This document shows, one piece after another, positions 62,799-64,000 of a stretch of DNA of 64,000 nucleotides (its first letter is position 1; the number at the start of each line of letters is the position of its first letter). The stretch is from an uncultured Methanoregulaceae archaeon (GTDB lineage Archaea; Halobacteriota; Methanomicrobia; Methanomicrobiales; Methanospirillaceae): the NCBI GenBank assembly GCA_963717525.1, contig OY970343.1, positions 1,312,001 through 1,376,000 of the forward strand, written 5' to 3'. The notes beneath the pieces are model-generated. The model was not told the DNA's origin, made no database searches, and worked only from the letters and a program-made list of their open reading frames with translations. A program made the position numbers and the translations under genes.

Positions 62799-63332
62799 TT
62801 AAATCCACGCCTTCCGGGCGGCAAGCTCGATCGCCCGCTGGACCGATTCCCTAGGGATGATGGTTGCCACCGGCACGTGGACCAGCTGCTCGATGATGCT
62901 TGACACGATAGGGGCGCAGACAATCGCAATCGCTCCTTCCCGTTCGGCCCGGACCGCAGCGACAATCGCATCCTCCATCGTATGGACCGGGTACTCCCGG
63001 ACCCGCATACGGTGACCGTCCACATCGGCAAACCGTTCTTCGATGCTCTCAAGGACCGGCCGTGCGGCAATGAGGCCGATGAAGTTCTCGTCGCCCACGT
63101 GGTAGAACTGTCGCAGTGCCCTGACGATCTCCCGCAGGGTCGAGAGATTGGGCGAGCGTTTCCCGTTCAGGATCTTATAGAGCGAGCTCTGGGCAATCCC
63201 GCAGTGCTCCGCGAGATCCCGAACGCTGATGCGCAGGTCGGTTTTCAGGATATCGTTTAATGTCGCTACGAATGCCTCATCTGAGGTGAGCGCAGCGCGC
63301 ATAAGCCGGTCGACCGGGTCCACATGTGCCAT
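62799..63332 (-). CDS. XRE-family HTH regulator with C-terminal ligand-binding-like domain
   Basis: DLAEHCGIAQSSLYKILNG..PNLSTL; AIVCAPI. Confidence 0.88.
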   Translation of the reverse strand: MAHVDPVDRLMRAALTSDEAFVATLNDILKTDLRISVRDLAEHCGIAQSSLYKILNGKRSPNLSTLREIVRALRQFYHVGDENFIGLIAARPVLESIEERFADVDGHRMRVREYPVHTMEDAIVAAVRAEREGAIAIVCAPIVSSIIEQLVHVPVATIIPRESVQRAIELAARKAWI

Positions 63333-63375
63333 AGTAAAGATACAATGAGACCAATTATTACAAGAAAATTTCTTT

Positions 63376-63480
63376 TTGTCCAAAACCGGTGACCTGCCAA
63401 TAGAGAAAATTCAATGATTTGTGGACAATACATGCTCATTTATTATCCAATTGTAATTTTTAATCCCTATTTATTATCCA
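63376..63480. promoter_or_regulatory. Four TTRTCCA boxes in the divergent promoter
   Basis: 63376, 63422 (reverse), 63443, 63474. Confidence 0.5.
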
Positions 63481-63536
63481 AAAAGATAAAATTTGTGCCG
63501 GAATGACGCACTTTTTTATTATCGCCCGGATAAACC

Positions 63537-64000
63537 ATGCCTATGAAATCCATCAAGATTGCGGCAGCTGTGTTCATCGCACTTGCCCTTATCCTTGTAC
63601 TGCTCGCAGCCGGCTGCACCCAGCCTGCCAGTCCATCCGGGAGTGCTTCGTCGGCACCCAACGGAACCGTCGGCATCCTGGAAACGGCCGGTGTCGGCCC
63701 GATGCCGTCCCTGCTCGCCACTGGCCAGATTGACGGGTACATTGCCTGGCAGCCGGTTGTCGAAGCCGGCGTGGAAAGCAATATCGGCCAGGTCGCGGTC
63801 TATTCCAAGGACCTCCCGCCTGCCGGGGAATGGAGCGACCACCCGCAGAACGTCTTTGTCGTGCGAAAGGATTTCTACGCCCAGAACCCGGACTTTGTCA
63901 ATGACTTCTCCGCGCTTAACCTTGCAGCAACCCAGTACATCAACGACCACCCGCAGGAAACTGCCGCGATTGATGCGGACTGGCTGGCCGGCGGACAGAA
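63537..64000 (+). CDS. ABC transporter substrate-binding protein (SsuA/NMT1-like), runs off the window
   Basis: LAAGC lipobox-like motif, GQIDGYIAWQP, HP, YINDHP. Confidence 0.85.
   Translation, partial: MPMKSIKIAAAVFIALALILVLLAAGCTQPASPSGSASSAPNGTVGILETAGVGPMPSLLATGQIDGYIAWQPVVEAGVESNIGQVAVYSKDLPPAGEWSDHPQNVFVVRKDFYAQNPDFVNDFSALNLAATQYINDHPQETAAIDADWLAGGQ

Overview
Archaeal chromosome window, most consistent with a Methanoregula-like member of Methanomicrobiales (fae-hps fusion, gatDE, intron-containing tRNA-Trp, HisKA_2 kinases). Bases ~1-8760 are the right part of an AT-richer integrated element: tyrosine integrase, divergent wHTH/RHH regulators with a palindromic operator, a primase-less SF3 helicase with a candidate origin, a PIN toxin-antitoxin pair, a serine resolvase, and cargo (a stand-alone DndD-like C-terminal half and a TerB-C-like membrane protein). 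The rest is mostly housekeeping, transport and signalling genes plus three tRNAs. The most unusual signals are non-coding. (1) A family of modular GC-rich hairpin repeats occupies six intergenic sites, often as inverted A-spacer-B doublets resembling bacterial REP/REPINs. (2) A ~380-bp element occurs twice, with an identical 38-bp core containing an archaeal ORB-like box (GTTCCAGTGGAAAT) and no cdc6/orc1 in the window; one copy lies just downstream of a degenerate Hjc/PD-(D/E)xK-like gene. Also notable are a surface protein with (GGGGS)9 and (GGNNQ)19 arrays and an apparent ATA start for gatD. About ten apparent single-base frameshifts, some in conserved genes, suggest assembly indel errors, so pseudogene calls are tentative. 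All family assignments come from motif recognition by eye; no searches were run.
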